Of a stretch of DNA of 56,476 nt, positions 47,489 through 56,476 are shown piece by piece (the stretch's first letter is position 1; the number at the start of each line of letters is the position of its first letter). This stretch comes from a virus (lineage: Duplodnaviria; Caudoviricetes). The translations under genes were made by a program, and so were the position numbers. Below the pieces are notes generated by a model that was not told the DNA's origin, made no database searches, and was given only the letters and a program-made list of their open reading frames with translations. The DNA lies in IMG/VR virus record IMGVR_UViG_3300034096_000849, positions 1-56,476 of that record; one strand, given 5' to 3'.

Positions 47489-48414
47489 GCACCCAAGCCG
47501 ATTGGCTGGCCGATCGCCGCACGGGCATCGGGTCGAGCGAGATTGCCGCAGTCTTCGGCGTGAGCCCCTACCTGAGCGCCTATCAGCTCTGGGCCGACAA
47601 GTCGGGGCTCGCGGAAAACGTCGTCACCGAGACCGAGGCGATGGCCTGGGGCAAGCGCCTGGAGCCGATCGTGGCCGCCGAGTTCGCTGCTCGAACCGGC
47701 TACGAGGTCGAGCTGAACGGCCACCAGATCCACCGCAGCGCCGCGCATCCGTGGCTGATCGCCACGCCTGACGCGATCATCACGCGGCCGGACGGCTCCC
47801 GCGGCGTCCTGGAGATCAAGGTCGCATCGGGCTTTGCCGACGGCTGGGAAGAGGAACTGCCGCCGATGCACTATCGGCTCCAGATCGCTCACCAGATGCT
47901 CGCGCTTGGCCTCGGCTGGGGCTCGGTCTGCTGCTTCGACGGCGCGGAACTGAGGCTCAAAGTCTGGGAGTGCATCCTCCCGACCGAGCTGGGCAAGGCG
48001 ATCATTGCCCGCGGCTCCGAGTTCTGGTCCAAGGTCGAGCTGGCGCGCTCGATCCTGACCTCTGGCAACCTCGGCACCGGCAAGCTCCGCGAAGTCGAGC
48101 TGAGCCTTGGCCCGACCGCGCGCGACGTGGCGACGATCCAGCGCGTGCACAGCGGCGGCAAGGACGTTGCCGACTTGAGCGAGCACGAGCAGACCCTGCT
48201 CGAATGGGCCGGCGGATCGGCCCGCGCCAAGCAGGTCGAAGAGGCTGCGATGGACGCCAAGGCTAAGGCGCTGGTTCACGCCGGCGAGGCCGACATGATC
48301 GTCTCGGACGGTCGCACGGTCGCCAAGAAAGACAAGCGCGGAGCCTGGCGCCTCAATGACGACTACCGGAGCCGCGCGCTGGAGATTCTCGAGTCTCGCC
48401 GCGCGAGCGCGTGA
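47485..48414 (+). CDS. YqaJ / lambda-exonuclease family nuclease
   Basis: WL..RRTGIGSSE, WGKRLEP, ATPDA, LEIK, Y.LQ..HQM. Confidence 0.92.
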   Translation: MSTQADWLADRRTGIGSSEIAAVFGVSPYLSAYQLWADKSGLAENVVTETEAMAWGKRLEPIVAAEFAARTGYEVELNGHQIHRSAAHPWLIATPDAIITRPDGSRGVLEIKVASGFADGWEEELPPMHYRLQIAHQMLALGLGWGSVCCFDGAELRLKVWECILPTELGKAIIARGSEFWSKVELARSILTSGNLGTGKLREVELSLGPTARDVATIQRVHSGGKDVADLSEHEQTLLEWAGGSARAKQVEEAAMDAKAKALVHAGEADMIVSDGRTVAKKDKRGAWRLNDDYRSRALEILESRRASA

Positions 48415-48440
48415 CAGCAGACCCCCAACCAACCCCAGCC

Positions 48441-49175
48441 ATGCAACCGAACCAACAACAGCTCCAGGCCCAGAAGGCCGCGCCCACGACCGCCATCCCC
48501 CAAGTCTGGCAACGCTTCGCCGACGTGCTCGGAGTGACGCCGAGCGAGGCCAAGCAAGTCTTGGTCCAGCAAATCATGCCGAAGGGCACGCCGGCCGAGG
48601 TGCTGGCCTTCGTCGCCGTGGCCGGCCAGTACGGCCTGAACCCGCTCACGAAGCAGATCTACGCCTTCCCCAGCAAGGCCGGCGGCATCGTGCCGATGGT
48701 CTCGATTGACGGCTGGCTGCGCCTGATCCAAGGCCACCCCGACTTCGATGGCGTGGAGTTCGCTTACACGGACGCTGACAACGGCAGGCCGATCAGCGTC
48801 ACCTGCACGATGCACCGAAAGGGCATGGGCCACCCCGTCCAGGTGACCGAGTACCTCGAGGAGTGCCACCGCAACACCGACCCGTGGAACAAGAGCCCAC
48901 GGCGTATGCTGCGACACCGCGCGATCATCCAAGCGGCCCGCATCGCCTTCGGCTTCGGCGGCCTGACGGATGAGGAGGACTTCGGCACGCCTGCCCCGGC
49001 CGAGAAGCCGGAGCCGCGTCATGCCGAGGTCGAGGCGCTGACCCGCGCCATGGATCCCAAGCGTGCGCCGGCGGCCCAAGTCGAGCCGGAGATCGTGGTC
49101 GAGACCGAGCCTGAGCCCGATGTGCAGCCCCAAGCTGAGCAGCCGGCCGCCAACTTCGAGGATCGCTTCCAGTGA
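48441..49175 (+). CDS. bet: RecT/Bet single-strand annealing protein
   Basis: QYGLNPLTKQIYAFP, VSIDGW, EYLEEC, PRRMLRHRA.IQAARIAFG. Confidence 0.92.
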   Translation: MQPNQQQLQAQKAAPTTAIPQVWQRFADVLGVTPSEAKQVLVQQIMPKGTPAEVLAFVAVAGQYGLNPLTKQIYAFPSKAGGIVPMVSIDGWLRLIQGHPDFDGVEFAYTDADNGRPISVTCTMHRKGMGHPVQVTEYLEECHRNTDPWNKSPRRMLRHRAIIQAARIAFGFGGLTDEEDFGTPAPAEKPEPRHAEVEALTRAMDPKRAPAAQVEPEIVVETEPEPDVQPQAEQPAANFEDRFQ

Positions 49176-49366
49176 TTCCCTTCGATCGGCTTGCAATTGA
49201 TGCCTTGGCGATGCGCGCGAAGATCGTGGCGATCGCCGGGCAGTTCCTTGAATCGCTGGCTCGCCGCGAGCCCAAGCATTACGAGCGCGAGCTGGCGGCC
49301 GAGCTGGAACGAAGCGACGAGCTGCAACCCCTGACCCAAGAGGAGCTCGACCGATGGTCCACCTGA
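49172..49366 (+). CDS. Hypothetical protein
   Basis: Coupled ORF. Confidence 0.5.
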   Translation: MIPFDRLAIDALAMRAKIVAIAGQFLESLARREPKHYERELAAELERSDELQPLTQEELDRWST

Positions 49367-49602
49367 TGCACGCCTGCGATCCTGGGCGCCTGGAGCGCTC
49401 ATCCTTCGTCATCGTGGTCTATGGCCTGATCCCGATGTTCCGCGAGGCTCGCCGTACCCTCCACGAGGCGCGGCCCCTGATCGAGCGGGCGGCAAGACTT
49501 GACGCCGACGCCCGCGAAGCCCTGCGCATCATCGACCGGACGCTCAACCGCCAAGCCCGAGTCATCGAAGCCGCGGAGGTGGATCATGCATCGACTGTCT
49601 GA
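49366..49602 (+). CDS. Hypothetical protein
   Basis: Coupled ORF. Confidence 0.5.
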   Translation: MHACDPGRLERSSFVIVVYGLIPMFREARRTLHEARPLIERAARLDADAREALRIIDRTLNRQARVIEAAEVDHASTV

Positions 49603-49810
49603 CGGCATCGACGTTGACGCGATGGCCGGCCTTTGGGCCCGCCTCGAAGCCCTGCGCGATTCCCTGTCTCGCCTGCGCGCCAAGCTCCGCACTCAAGAGG
49701 AGCCGATCTGGCGCCGGCAAGAGGCGGAAATGCAGCGCGACCTCGACATCCTCGAATCCGAGTGGCTGCTGGCCTGCTTGGCCGAAGCGGCTGCCCAACC
49801 GAACACCTGA
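49586..49810 (+). CDS. Hypothetical coiled-coil protein
   Basis: GGAGG upstream of ATG. Confidence 0.5.
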   Translation: MHRLSDGIDVDAMAGLWARLEALRDSLSRLRAKLRTQEEPIWRRQEAEMQRDLDILESEWLLACLAEAAAQPNT

Positions 49811-49819
49811 CCCCACCCG

Positions 49820-50935
49820 ATGAAGCTCCACCGAACCGACCTGCTCGAAGCCCTGGGCTGCGCCTTGCTCGCACAGAAGGGCAAAAGCCCACGCGCTATC
49901 GACACGCTGTCCATGATCTCGCCGAAGGGCGAAGGTTTCGCGCTCCAGGCTCACGGCTCCATGCTGGCGATCGAGGCCGTGGGCCGCGCCGAAGGCCCGG
50001 TGCTGCCGTTCGTCGTCCAAACGCAACAGCTCCGCGAATTCGTGGCCGGCGCCCGTGGCGAGCTGATCGAGGCCGAGCTGGCCGAGCAGTATATCAAGCT
50101 CCAAGTCGGCGCCCAGTCCGCCAAGGTGCCCACGCTCACGATCACGCCCGAGGAAATGCCGACGCTGCCCGAGCTGCCGGCGGCGGACTCGGACGAGTGG
50201 ACGTTCCGTGTCGAGTACGCCGACCTGACGTCGCTGATCGCCCGCACGATCCACGCGGCATCCCGCGAGGGCGGCCGCTACGCGATGAACGCGCTGCGGA
50301 TCAAGACCGACGGCCCGAAGCTCCAGATTGCGGCGACCGATGGGCGCATGTTGGTCATCGACTCGACCGCGATCGAGGAGACCGACTGGGCCGCGCAATC
50401 GCTGCTGCCCGTCGAAGCCGGCAGCGCCATCAAGGCGATCTTCCAGGGCCCCGCGACGCTCTCCTGTTTCGTCTCCGACGATGGCCGCACCTTCGCCCTC
50501 CGCGGCGGCGGCCGGACGATGATCGCGCGCCCGATCGAAGGCCAGTTTCCGCGCGTCGAATCGGTGGTCCCCAAGGGTAAGCTGCCTGGCTTCGAGGCCA
50601 GGCGATCCGATCTGATCGCCGCGATCAAATTCGCCAAGGGCGCGGCGACGATCGACAACATGGCCGTGAAGCTGGTCCCGGCCGAGGGCGGCAAGCTCGA
50701 GATCTGGTCGCGCGGCTCCGGCGCTGAAGCGCGCGAGCTGGTCGATGCGGATCTCGACTCCGGCTGGGTTGGCGTCACGCTTAACCCTGACTTTGCGCTG
50801 TCGATGCTCTCGGCCGTGTCGTCTGACCGCGTGCGCATCGCCGGCGACAGCAAGACCTCTCCTCACCTGATCCGCCACCTTGCGGACGATTCGCCCTGGG
50901 TGGGCGTCCTCATGCCGATTACGGTGGACACGTGA
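49820..50935 (+). CDS. dnaN: DNA polymerase III beta sliding clamp
   Basis: 371 aa; AAS....RYAMNA, AATDGRML, RPIEGQFP....VP, LNPDF, VLMPI. Confidence 0.9.
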   Translation: MKLHRTDLLEALGCALLAQKGKSPRAIDTLSMISPKGEGFALQAHGSMLAIEAVGRAEGPVLPFVVQTQQLREFVAGARGELIEAELAEQYIKLQVGAQSAKVPTLTITPEEMPTLPELPAADSDEWTFRVEYADLTSLIARTIHAASREGGRYAMNALRIKTDGPKLQIAATDGRMLVIDSTAIEETDWAAQSLLPVEAGSAIKAIFQGPATLSCFVSDDGRTFALRGGGRTMIARPIEGQFPRVESVVPKGKLPGFEARRSDLIAAIKFAKGAATIDNMAVKLVPAEGGKLEIWSRGSGAEARELVDADLDSGWVGVTLNPDFALSMLSAVSSDRVRIAGDSKTSPHLIRHLADDSPWVGVLMPITVDT

Positions 50936-51183
50936 GAGACGATCGCAGCGAATTGCGGATGGCGTGGGGGACATTGGCTGTGATCTCCTGCGCGTCGATT
51001 GTCGGCCTGATCGTCTGCTGCATCGTGCTTTGGATTTCGCGCTGGCACGCCACCAAGCTCACCGAAACCGAGACCCAACAGATCCGCGATCGACTGCAAG
51101 CCATCGAACGCCAGCTCAACGAGCCGCGGCCGACGTGGGTTGAGGTGATCGACGAAGTGAGGCAAGGAAAGGAAAGCCAATGA
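50932..51183 (+). CDS. Small membrane protein
   Basis: One TM helix. Confidence 0.55.
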   Translation: MRDDRSELRMAWGTLAVISCASIVGLIVCCIVLWISRWHATKLTETETQQIRDRLQAIERQLNEPRPTWVEVIDEVRQGKESQ

Positions 51184-51578
51184 CCCTCGCCAACAAACCC
51201 GCGTCGGAGATGACGCTGCTGGAGCACTACGCAGGCATAGCCTTGCAAGGGCTGCTGGTCGATGGCGGCGAAGTCCACTACGACGATTACGCTCACGACG
51301 CTTGCTGCCTGGCCGCCCGCCTCATCGCCGAGCTGGAGAAGTGGCAGCCGAAGGCCGAGGCCCGCATCGCAGAGCTGGAGGCGGAGAACGCCTGGCTCAA
51401 GAACCTACCACGCCATGCCTTTAACGAAGGCTTTGACCAGTGCTGCGGGCTTGGTCCATACAGCGCAAGCGCGATCAAGCCTGACGACCCCGACTTCATT
51501 AGAGATTTGGAGGCAGAGGGCATGCTCTGGCGAGATTCGCTTAGTTGGAAGCTGCTGAACAAGGAGCCCAAGCCGTGA
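51180..51578 (+). CDS. Hypothetical protein
   Basis: MTLLEHYAGIALQGLL motif typical of small phage ORFs. Confidence 0.65.
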   Translation: MTLANKPASEMTLLEHYAGIALQGLLVDGGEVHYDDYAHDACCLAARLIAELEKWQPKAEARIAELEAENAWLKNLPRHAFNEGFDQCCGLGPYSASAIKPDDPDFIRDLEAEGMLWRDSLSWKLLNKEPKP

Positions 51579-51799
51579 AGCTCTCCGAAGCTCAGATCCG
51601 CGGGCTGCGGGCGATAGCGGAAGGGCGTGCCGGCTGGAGCGCTGGATCGCCGGCTGGCATCTTCGAGCCTGCTCGCTGGTGGGGCATCCACGCAGGAACG
51701 GCTGAGGCGCTTGTTCGCCTGGGCTATCTGCTGCGCCGCTCCAAGGAGCCCCTCACCCCAGCCGGCCGCGAGGCGCTGTCGAAGGCCCTCGGGGCCTGA
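51575..51799 (+). CDS. Small winged-helix-like protein
   Basis: KLSEAQ..L...T..ALVRLGYL....LTPAGREAL. Confidence 0.6.
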   Translation: MKLSEAQIRGLRAIAEGRAGWSAGSPAGIFEPARWWGIHAGTAEALVRLGYLLRRSKEPLTPAGREALSKALGA

Positions 51800-51864
51800 T
51801 CCGAGCCCGCCCCTGGGAGACTGGGGGCGGGTCTTACCCCCCCCCGAATAGCTCGCGCGACCCC

Positions 51865-53526
51865 ATGCTTTACGCCAAGATCCTCCCCGTACCCCCCAGC
51901 TCCCCGCAGATCCTCGACGGCCACGCGATCCCCGTGGGCTCGCACATTGCGCAAGCGCAGCCGCTGACATGGCGTGGCGACACGCTGGAGCTGTGCAAGC
52001 TGACCGTGGACACGCGCGCCGTGCCCGACTGGTCACAGGTCCGCTGGGGCGAGGCGCGGGCGCTGACGTTCGCGGAGATCCTGGAGCTGCACGAGGAGGC
52101 GATCGCCTGGGGTGTGGCCGAGATTGGCGAGTCGCTGGAGGCCGTGGTCGCCGGGCCTCTCATGATCGAGTCGAGCTGGTGGCAGCCTGTGGCGCAGCGG
52201 CGGAACTGGGAGCGTTGGCGGGCGAAAGCCGACGAGTATGCCGACGTGGTGTCCGTCTGGAACAACCATGAGGTGACCGGGCCAATCGCGGCGGTCAACG
52301 CGGATCCGCAGCGCGTGCGCTTTATCCACGACGCCTTCGCGCCCTGGGGCCGCAGCGCCCTCTACGGCCCGCTGGGGCTACCGGGGGCCCTGCTGCGCGA
52401 CGCGGACAACGACGAGACTCCCTTCCCCTACGACAGCCCCTACGGAGCTGTGGGCAGCGGCGAGGGAGCTAACCCCTGGGGCCTGGTGCAAGGCAACCGC
52501 TACCTGACTCGCTCGCTGGCCATGGAGCAGCTTGAACTGCGCGGCACCGGCGCCCTCTACGAGCGCGGCCTGCCGCCGTCGAAGCTCCCCGATGGCGCGA
52601 TCTACCGCCTTGACGGTCCGTCGCACGTCCCCGTCTGCCACGGCTGGGACAAGCACCACGACCCGCTTGGGTGGCACCAACGGGACTACGCCAAGACCAC
52701 CCACGGCGTGATCGACTCGCAGCACATGAGCCGCACGCTGGGGCTGTTGTATCCGGCGGCGTATTTCGGGGGCGAGCGCTGGGCGATCAACGAGATCCGC
52801 TGCATGGCGCAGACGATCGTGCTGTGCTATGACCCCGCCCAGCAGCAGCGTTTCGGCCGCGAGGACGCCTGGCGGATGCACGCGGTTGCGGCCGCGGTCC
52901 ACCTGACGCCGCCGAGCGATCCGATGCGCCCGGGGTGGACCCGCTGGCTCGAAGATATGGCCGTGTGCATCGCGGAGGCGGTCGATAGGGACGGCTTCTT
53001 GGACGTGCAATGGGGCCATCACCACCTCCCCGCCGATATGCAGGGCCCCGGTTTCGGCCTCTGCGCCTCCTGGGAGTGGATCTTGCTTTTGTCGGGGCTG
53101 ACGGCGGCGCGCCGGGTCACGATGCTGGGCAGCAGGGTGGACGAGTTCCACCTTTCGGCGCGGCGCTTGCTGGAGAACCTGGACGAAGCCTGGGGCCGCG
53201 GCGAAGAAGGGCGCCTGCCCTACAAGTTCGTCGTGACGCGCGCTGCGCCCAGCCAGATCCACCACGCCATCAACCAGCACCCCAACGGCACCCCGCAGAC
53301 CGACGGCGAGTTCTACATGGGCCTCCTCGGCTGCCTCTACCTGCCCGAGCACACCGGCCTCGACCTGCGCAGGACCCCCGAGCTGGAGATGCTGACCAAG
53401 CGCCTCCAATCCTGGGCCGCCGCGCAGGGCAAGACCCTGGCGCAGTGCTTCCCGGCGGCCCCGCACAGCCCGAGCTTCGGCAACGAGATCGTGGCGAAAC
53501 TGGCGTTGGGAGGTGCGGGGGCGTGA
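51865..53526 (+). CDS. Large hypothetical protein (553 aa)
   Basis: Long ORF with typical codon usage; Trp/His-rich helical C-terminal half. Confidence 0.75.
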   Translation: MLYAKILPVPPSSPQILDGHAIPVGSHIAQAQPLTWRGDTLELCKLTVDTRAVPDWSQVRWGEARALTFAEILELHEEAIAWGVAEIGESLEAVVAGPLMIESSWWQPVAQRRNWERWRAKADEYADVVSVWNNHEVTGPIAAVNADPQRVRFIHDAFAPWGRSALYGPLGLPGALLRDADNDETPFPYDSPYGAVGSGEGANPWGLVQGNRYLTRSLAMEQLELRGTGALYERGLPPSKLPDGAIYRLDGPSHVPVCHGWDKHHDPLGWHQRDYAKTTHGVIDSQHMSRTLGLLYPAAYFGGERWAINEIRCMAQTIVLCYDPAQQQRFGREDAWRMHAVAAAVHLTPPSDPMRPGWTRWLEDMAVCIAEAVDRDGFLDVQWGHHHLPADMQGPGFGLCASWEWILLLSGLTAARRVTMLGSRVDEFHLSARRLLENLDEAWGRGEEGRLPYKFVVTRAAPSQIHHAINQHPNGTPQTDGEFYMGLLGCLYLPEHTGLDLRRTPELEMLTKRLQSWAAAQGKTLAQCFPAAPHSPSFGNEIVAKLALGGAGA

Positions 53527-54152
53527 TCGCCGCGCTGTTTGTTTGCCGGGGCGGCCCCTACTGGGGCCTGCCTGGCGTCGATCCTTGGGACGAGCAGCGC
53601 GACGCCAGGCTGTACGGCGGCCCCTATCCAGTCGTGGCACATCCCCCGTGCTCAAGATGGTGCCGTCTCGCTGGCCTGGTCGAGGCCCGCTGGGGCCACC
53701 GCCGCGGCGACGATGGAGGCTGCTTTGAGGCCGCTTTGCGTGCCGTGCGCACATGGGGGGGGGTGCTTGAACACCCCGCCTACTCCGATGCATGGGCGGC
53801 CTTTGGACTCGCTCGGCCAGCCACGACTCGGGGCTGGACCCGCGATATCAGCGGCGGGGTCACCTGCTACGTCGAGCAGCATCGCTACGGGCACCCGGCC
53901 AAAAAAGCGACGTGGCTCTACGCCTACGGTGTCGAGCCCTTGCCGGAGCTCCGCTGGGGCTTCGTCCACGACCACAAGACCGGCGCCCCGGTCTCCTGGT
54001 GCGGCAACCACGTCGCGTCCGGGGAGGTCCGGCCGAGGGTCGGCAAGGCGAAAGCGTCAGAGACGCCTACCGAGTTCCGAGACGCGCTGATTCGGATTGC
54101 CGAGCTTGCGGCTGATTCCGCGGCCGCGGAAAGCCCGCTCGCGCCCCGTTGA
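53523..54152 (+). CDS. Putative minimal DNA cytosine methyltransferase-like protein
   Basis: IAALFV, VVAHPPC, VLEHP, GHPAKKATWLY, TP.EFRD. Confidence 0.6.
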   Translation: MIAALFVCRGGPYWGLPGVDPWDEQRDARLYGGPYPVVAHPPCSRWCRLAGLVEARWGHRRGDDGGCFEAALRAVRTWGGVLEHPAYSDAWAAFGLARPATTRGWTRDISGGVTCYVEQHRYGHPAKKATWLYAYGVEPLPELRWGFVHDHKTGAPVSWCGNHVASGEVRPRVGKAKASETPTEFRDALIRIAELAADSAAAESPLAPR

Positions 54153-54184
54153 CCGCCCCTTGTCCGCCGGCCCAGATAGATCCC

Positions 54185-54451
54185 ATGACCAAACGACCTC
54201 CCAAGCCGACAGGCCTGGACGCATGGGCCGCCACCCCGAAGACCCGCCGCGGTGGCCCGCCGTCCGACTTCGACAGGCCGCAGATCCGCGAACTGATCGA
54301 GCGTTACGTTTCGATGGTGATGGAAGGCAAGACCGTTCGCTCGGCAGCCGAGTTTGCGGCCTGGCTTCGTGCCGAGCACGGCGTGACGTCGGGAGACAAC
54401 ACTGTGCAGGCATGGGTCCGCAAGGTGAGGGAGTCTCGTGGCAAGCGTTGA
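54185..54451 (+). CDS. Small DNA-binding-like hypothetical protein
   Basis: Coupled to the phosphoesterase gene; HTH-like C-terminus. Confidence 0.55.
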   Translation: MTKRPPKPTGLDAWAATPKTRRGGPPSDFDRPQIRELIERYVSMVMEGKTVRSAAEFAAWLRAEHGVTSGDNTVQAWVRKVRESRGKR

Positions 54452-55520
54452 CGAGTGGGCGGCCGAGCCGCCGGATGAGCTGGTCAGGCTGCGCGAGGAG
54501 AACTCAGCGCTCAAGGCCCGCGTGCGCAAGGCCGAGCGCATGGCAGCGCGGCACGCAAGGATCGAGGAGGCTGTGATCGAGGCCACGCGGCAATCGCTCG
54601 AGGACACGCCGCCGAAGGTTTGGGTTGCTCCGCCGATCAAGTTGACCCCGAAGGCCAAGACGTGGGAGGAGGTCCCGCAGCTCTTGCTGTCCGACTGGCA
54701 GGGCGGCAAGCGAACCGAGGATTACGACCTCGACGTGATGGCCGAGCGCATCGCGCGCGTGACCACGAAGGCGCTGCACCTTGTTGCGGACCGCCGGCAC
54801 AGCGCCCGGATCGAGCAGCTGGACTTGTGCCTACTCGGCGATATGGTCGAGGGCGAAACGATCTTTGCCCACCAGCCGTGGGAGGTGATCGCGCCTGTGA
54901 TTGACCAGACGCAGCGGGTGGCCCAAGTGATTCAGGAAGCGATCGGCACACTGGCCCCGCAGTTCAAGCGCCTGCGCGTGTTTGGAATCTGCGGCAACCA
55001 CGGGCGGACGGGATCGAAGCACAGCAGCGGTTCACCGTTCACGAATTGGGATCGGATGAGCTACCGGGTGGCCTCGATGCTGACCGAGCAGCTCCCCCGG
55101 TCGGTGAGGCGCAAGGTCACCTGGGAGATCTCGGATCGCGCCTGGCACATCCACGACGTGCTCGGCTGGCGCATCCTCAAGGTCCACGGCGACCAAGTGC
55201 GCGGCGGCTTCGCGGGCTTCCCCTGGTACGGCGTCGGCCGGCGCGCGTCCGGCTGGAAAGACGCCATCCCCGGCGGCTACGACATTCTCCTGCACGGCCA
55301 CTTCCACACGCCGGCCATGTTCGTGCAGAACAGCTCGATCGTCTTCGCCTGCGGCTCGCCCGAGTCGAGGAACGAGTACGCTCGCTCCGAGCTGGCGGCC
55401 TCAGGCGACCCTTCGCAGCGGCTCCTGTTCGTTTCCAAGGCCCACGGCGTGGTCGCCGACCACCTGCTCTGGTGCGTCGAGCGCAAGCCGTTCAGCGCCC
55501 GTGTGACGGAGGCGAGCTGA
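54438..55520 (+). CDS. Calcineurin-like metallophosphoesterase
   Basis: SDWQ, GDMVEG, GNHGR, HGD, GHFH motifs. Confidence 0.9.
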   Translation: MASVDEWAAEPPDELVRLREENSALKARVRKAERMAARHARIEEAVIEATRQSLEDTPPKVWVAPPIKLTPKAKTWEEVPQLLLSDWQGGKRTEDYDLDVMAERIARVTTKALHLVADRRHSARIEQLDLCLLGDMVEGETIFAHQPWEVIAPVIDQTQRVAQVIQEAIGTLAPQFKRLRVFGICGNHGRTGSKHSSGSPFTNWDRMSYRVASMLTEQLPRSVRRKVTWEISDRAWHIHDVLGWRILKVHGDQVRGGFAGFPWYGVGRRASGWKDAIPGGYDILLHGHFHTPAMFVQNSSIVFACGSPESRNEYARSELAASGDPSQRLLFVSKAHGVVADHLLWCVERKPFSARVTEAS

Positions 55521-55960
55521 TGAACAGCCGGCAGGTCATGGCGAGGGCCCGGGCGGCGCTCAAGGTGTGGCGCGTGCGCCTCGGGCTGTCGGACTGGGAC
55601 ATCGGCCTTGAGTTCGACGAAGCCGGCGAGCTCGACGCGGAGGGGACCTACGCCATGTGCACGCCGGACCCCGAGCGGCTGGCCATGACGATCACCTTCC
55701 ACCTGGCGCCGCACCGGGCCGAGCCCCACCACATCGAGGCGACAATCGCGCACGAGCTGGTCCACGCCGTGCTGTCGCCGATCATGCACGCGCTCGACGC
55801 GGGGCTCACCCGCGAGGAGGCGATGGGCATCGAAGAGCAGGCGGTTGTCCGCATCGAGCGAGCGATGTTCGAGACCTACCCGGGGGCGACGCGCCGCCGG
55901 GTGAAAGAGCACCGGAGCACAGCCGGACCGCGGCGCCGGGGGGCGACGCGGTTGGGTTAG
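55520..55960 (+). CDS. HExxH protein, diverged allele of 401..799
   Basis: Shared HRAEPHHIEATIAHELVHAVLSPIMHALD. Confidence 0.7.
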   Translation: MNSRQVMARARAALKVWRVRLGLSDWDIGLEFDEAGELDAEGTYAMCTPDPERLAMTITFHLAPHRAEPHHIEATIAHELVHAVLSPIMHALDAGLTREEAMGIEEQAVVRIERAMFETYPGATRRRVKEHRSTAGPRRRGATRLG

Positions 55961-55993
55961 GAGGGGGCGCGCGTCCCCCACTGTGCAGCGCGC

Positions 55994-56034
55994 AGGGGGC
56001 CGGCCGTTCAGCAGACGGGCCGGCCCCCTCCTTT
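55994..56034. terminator. Hairpin between convergent genes
   Basis: AGGGGGCCGGCC...GGCCGGCCCCCT followed by CCTTT. Confidence 0.6.
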
Positions 56035-56300
56035 CACCCAAGCCGGCCGAGCGACTCGATCACCCACATGGTGGCCTTGATGGCCACCGCGGAGCCGACG
56101 AGCCAGAGCCAGCGCAGGGCCGTGCTCTGGCTGGACTTGAGGGAGCGGCAGTCCTCCTCGAGCTGGCGCACGCGCGCCTTGAGCCCGTCGTCGCTGTGCA
56201 GGGCCACCTTCATCTCGCGCACGTCCGCGGCTGCGGTCTCCATGAGGACCTCGATGCGGATCAGCCGCTCTTCGGTCGATTGCTTCGGAGCCCCCTCCAC
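56034..56300 (-). CDS. Coiled coil plus TM protein, counterpart of 2628..2918
   Basis: GL.AR...LE and LRW motifs shared; C-terminal TM. Confidence 0.65.
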   Translation of the reverse strand: MEGAPKQSTEERLIRIEVLMETAAADVREMKVALHSDDGLKARVRQLEEDCRSLKSSQSTALRWLWLVGSAVAIKATMWVIESLGRLG

Positions 56301-56301
56301 G

Positions 56302-56475
56302 TCACTTGCCTCCCTTGCGCCGGCCCGCGGCGCGGGCGGCCAAACCCGTCAGCACGAGGCTCAGGACCGCCCCCAAGGCCGGCTGCCCGGTGACGGCGCC
56401 GATGATGCCGCCGACGGCCCCGCCGAGCTCCGAGCCGACGGTGGGCTGTGCCGGCGGGGTCGGGGGGGTGTAGGT
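56302..56475 (-). CDS. Partial CDS, C-terminus of the counterpart of 2915..3511
   Basis: Translates TYTPPTPP...AVTGQPALG...RRKGGK vs TYEPPQPE...AVTGLPWL...RRGKGK. Confidence 0.65.
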   Translation of the reverse strand, partial: TYTPPTPPAQPTVGSELGGAVGGIIGAVTGQPALGAVLSLVLTGLAARAAGRRKGGK

Positions 56476-56476
56476 G

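Overview
This is a GC-rich temperate tailed-phage genome (siphovirus-like head and tail, GTA-type baseplate) in its free, unintegrated form. It is probably circular or circularly permuted at about 55,119 bp. Bases 1-127 recur exactly at 55120-55246; beyond that, the last ~1.3 kb follows a diverged allele of the same locus, probably a co-assembled relative. Modules in order: nucleotide metabolism/SSB/sigma factor (1-2.7 kb); putative lysis membrane proteins and a LexA-like HTH (2.6-4.0 kb); packaging and head (4.3-10.8 kb); three carbohydrate/ester hydrolase-like genes (10.9-15.8 kb); neck and tail with a lambda-type GGGAAAG frameshift (15.8-30.5 kb); an inverted early operon (30.4-32.8 kb); a collagen-fibre module (33-35.5 kb); repressor/xis/integrase (35.5-38 kb); helicase, methylase, initiator with iterons, DnaB and RuvC (38.8-44.7 kb); and AAA ATPase, YqaJ, RecT, beta-clamp and accessory genes (45-55.5 kb). 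The most striking signal is a pair of near-identical type II hammerhead ribozymes on the minus strand (32336-32398 and 31867-31929). Each is fused to a translation leader and sits between small unknown ORFs, so it could self-process the operon into single-gene RNAs, including a 469-nt unit that could circularise. Also notable is an attP (3' half of tRNA-His) inside the integrase ORF. All product calls come from motif recognition and gene order by eye; no searches were run.
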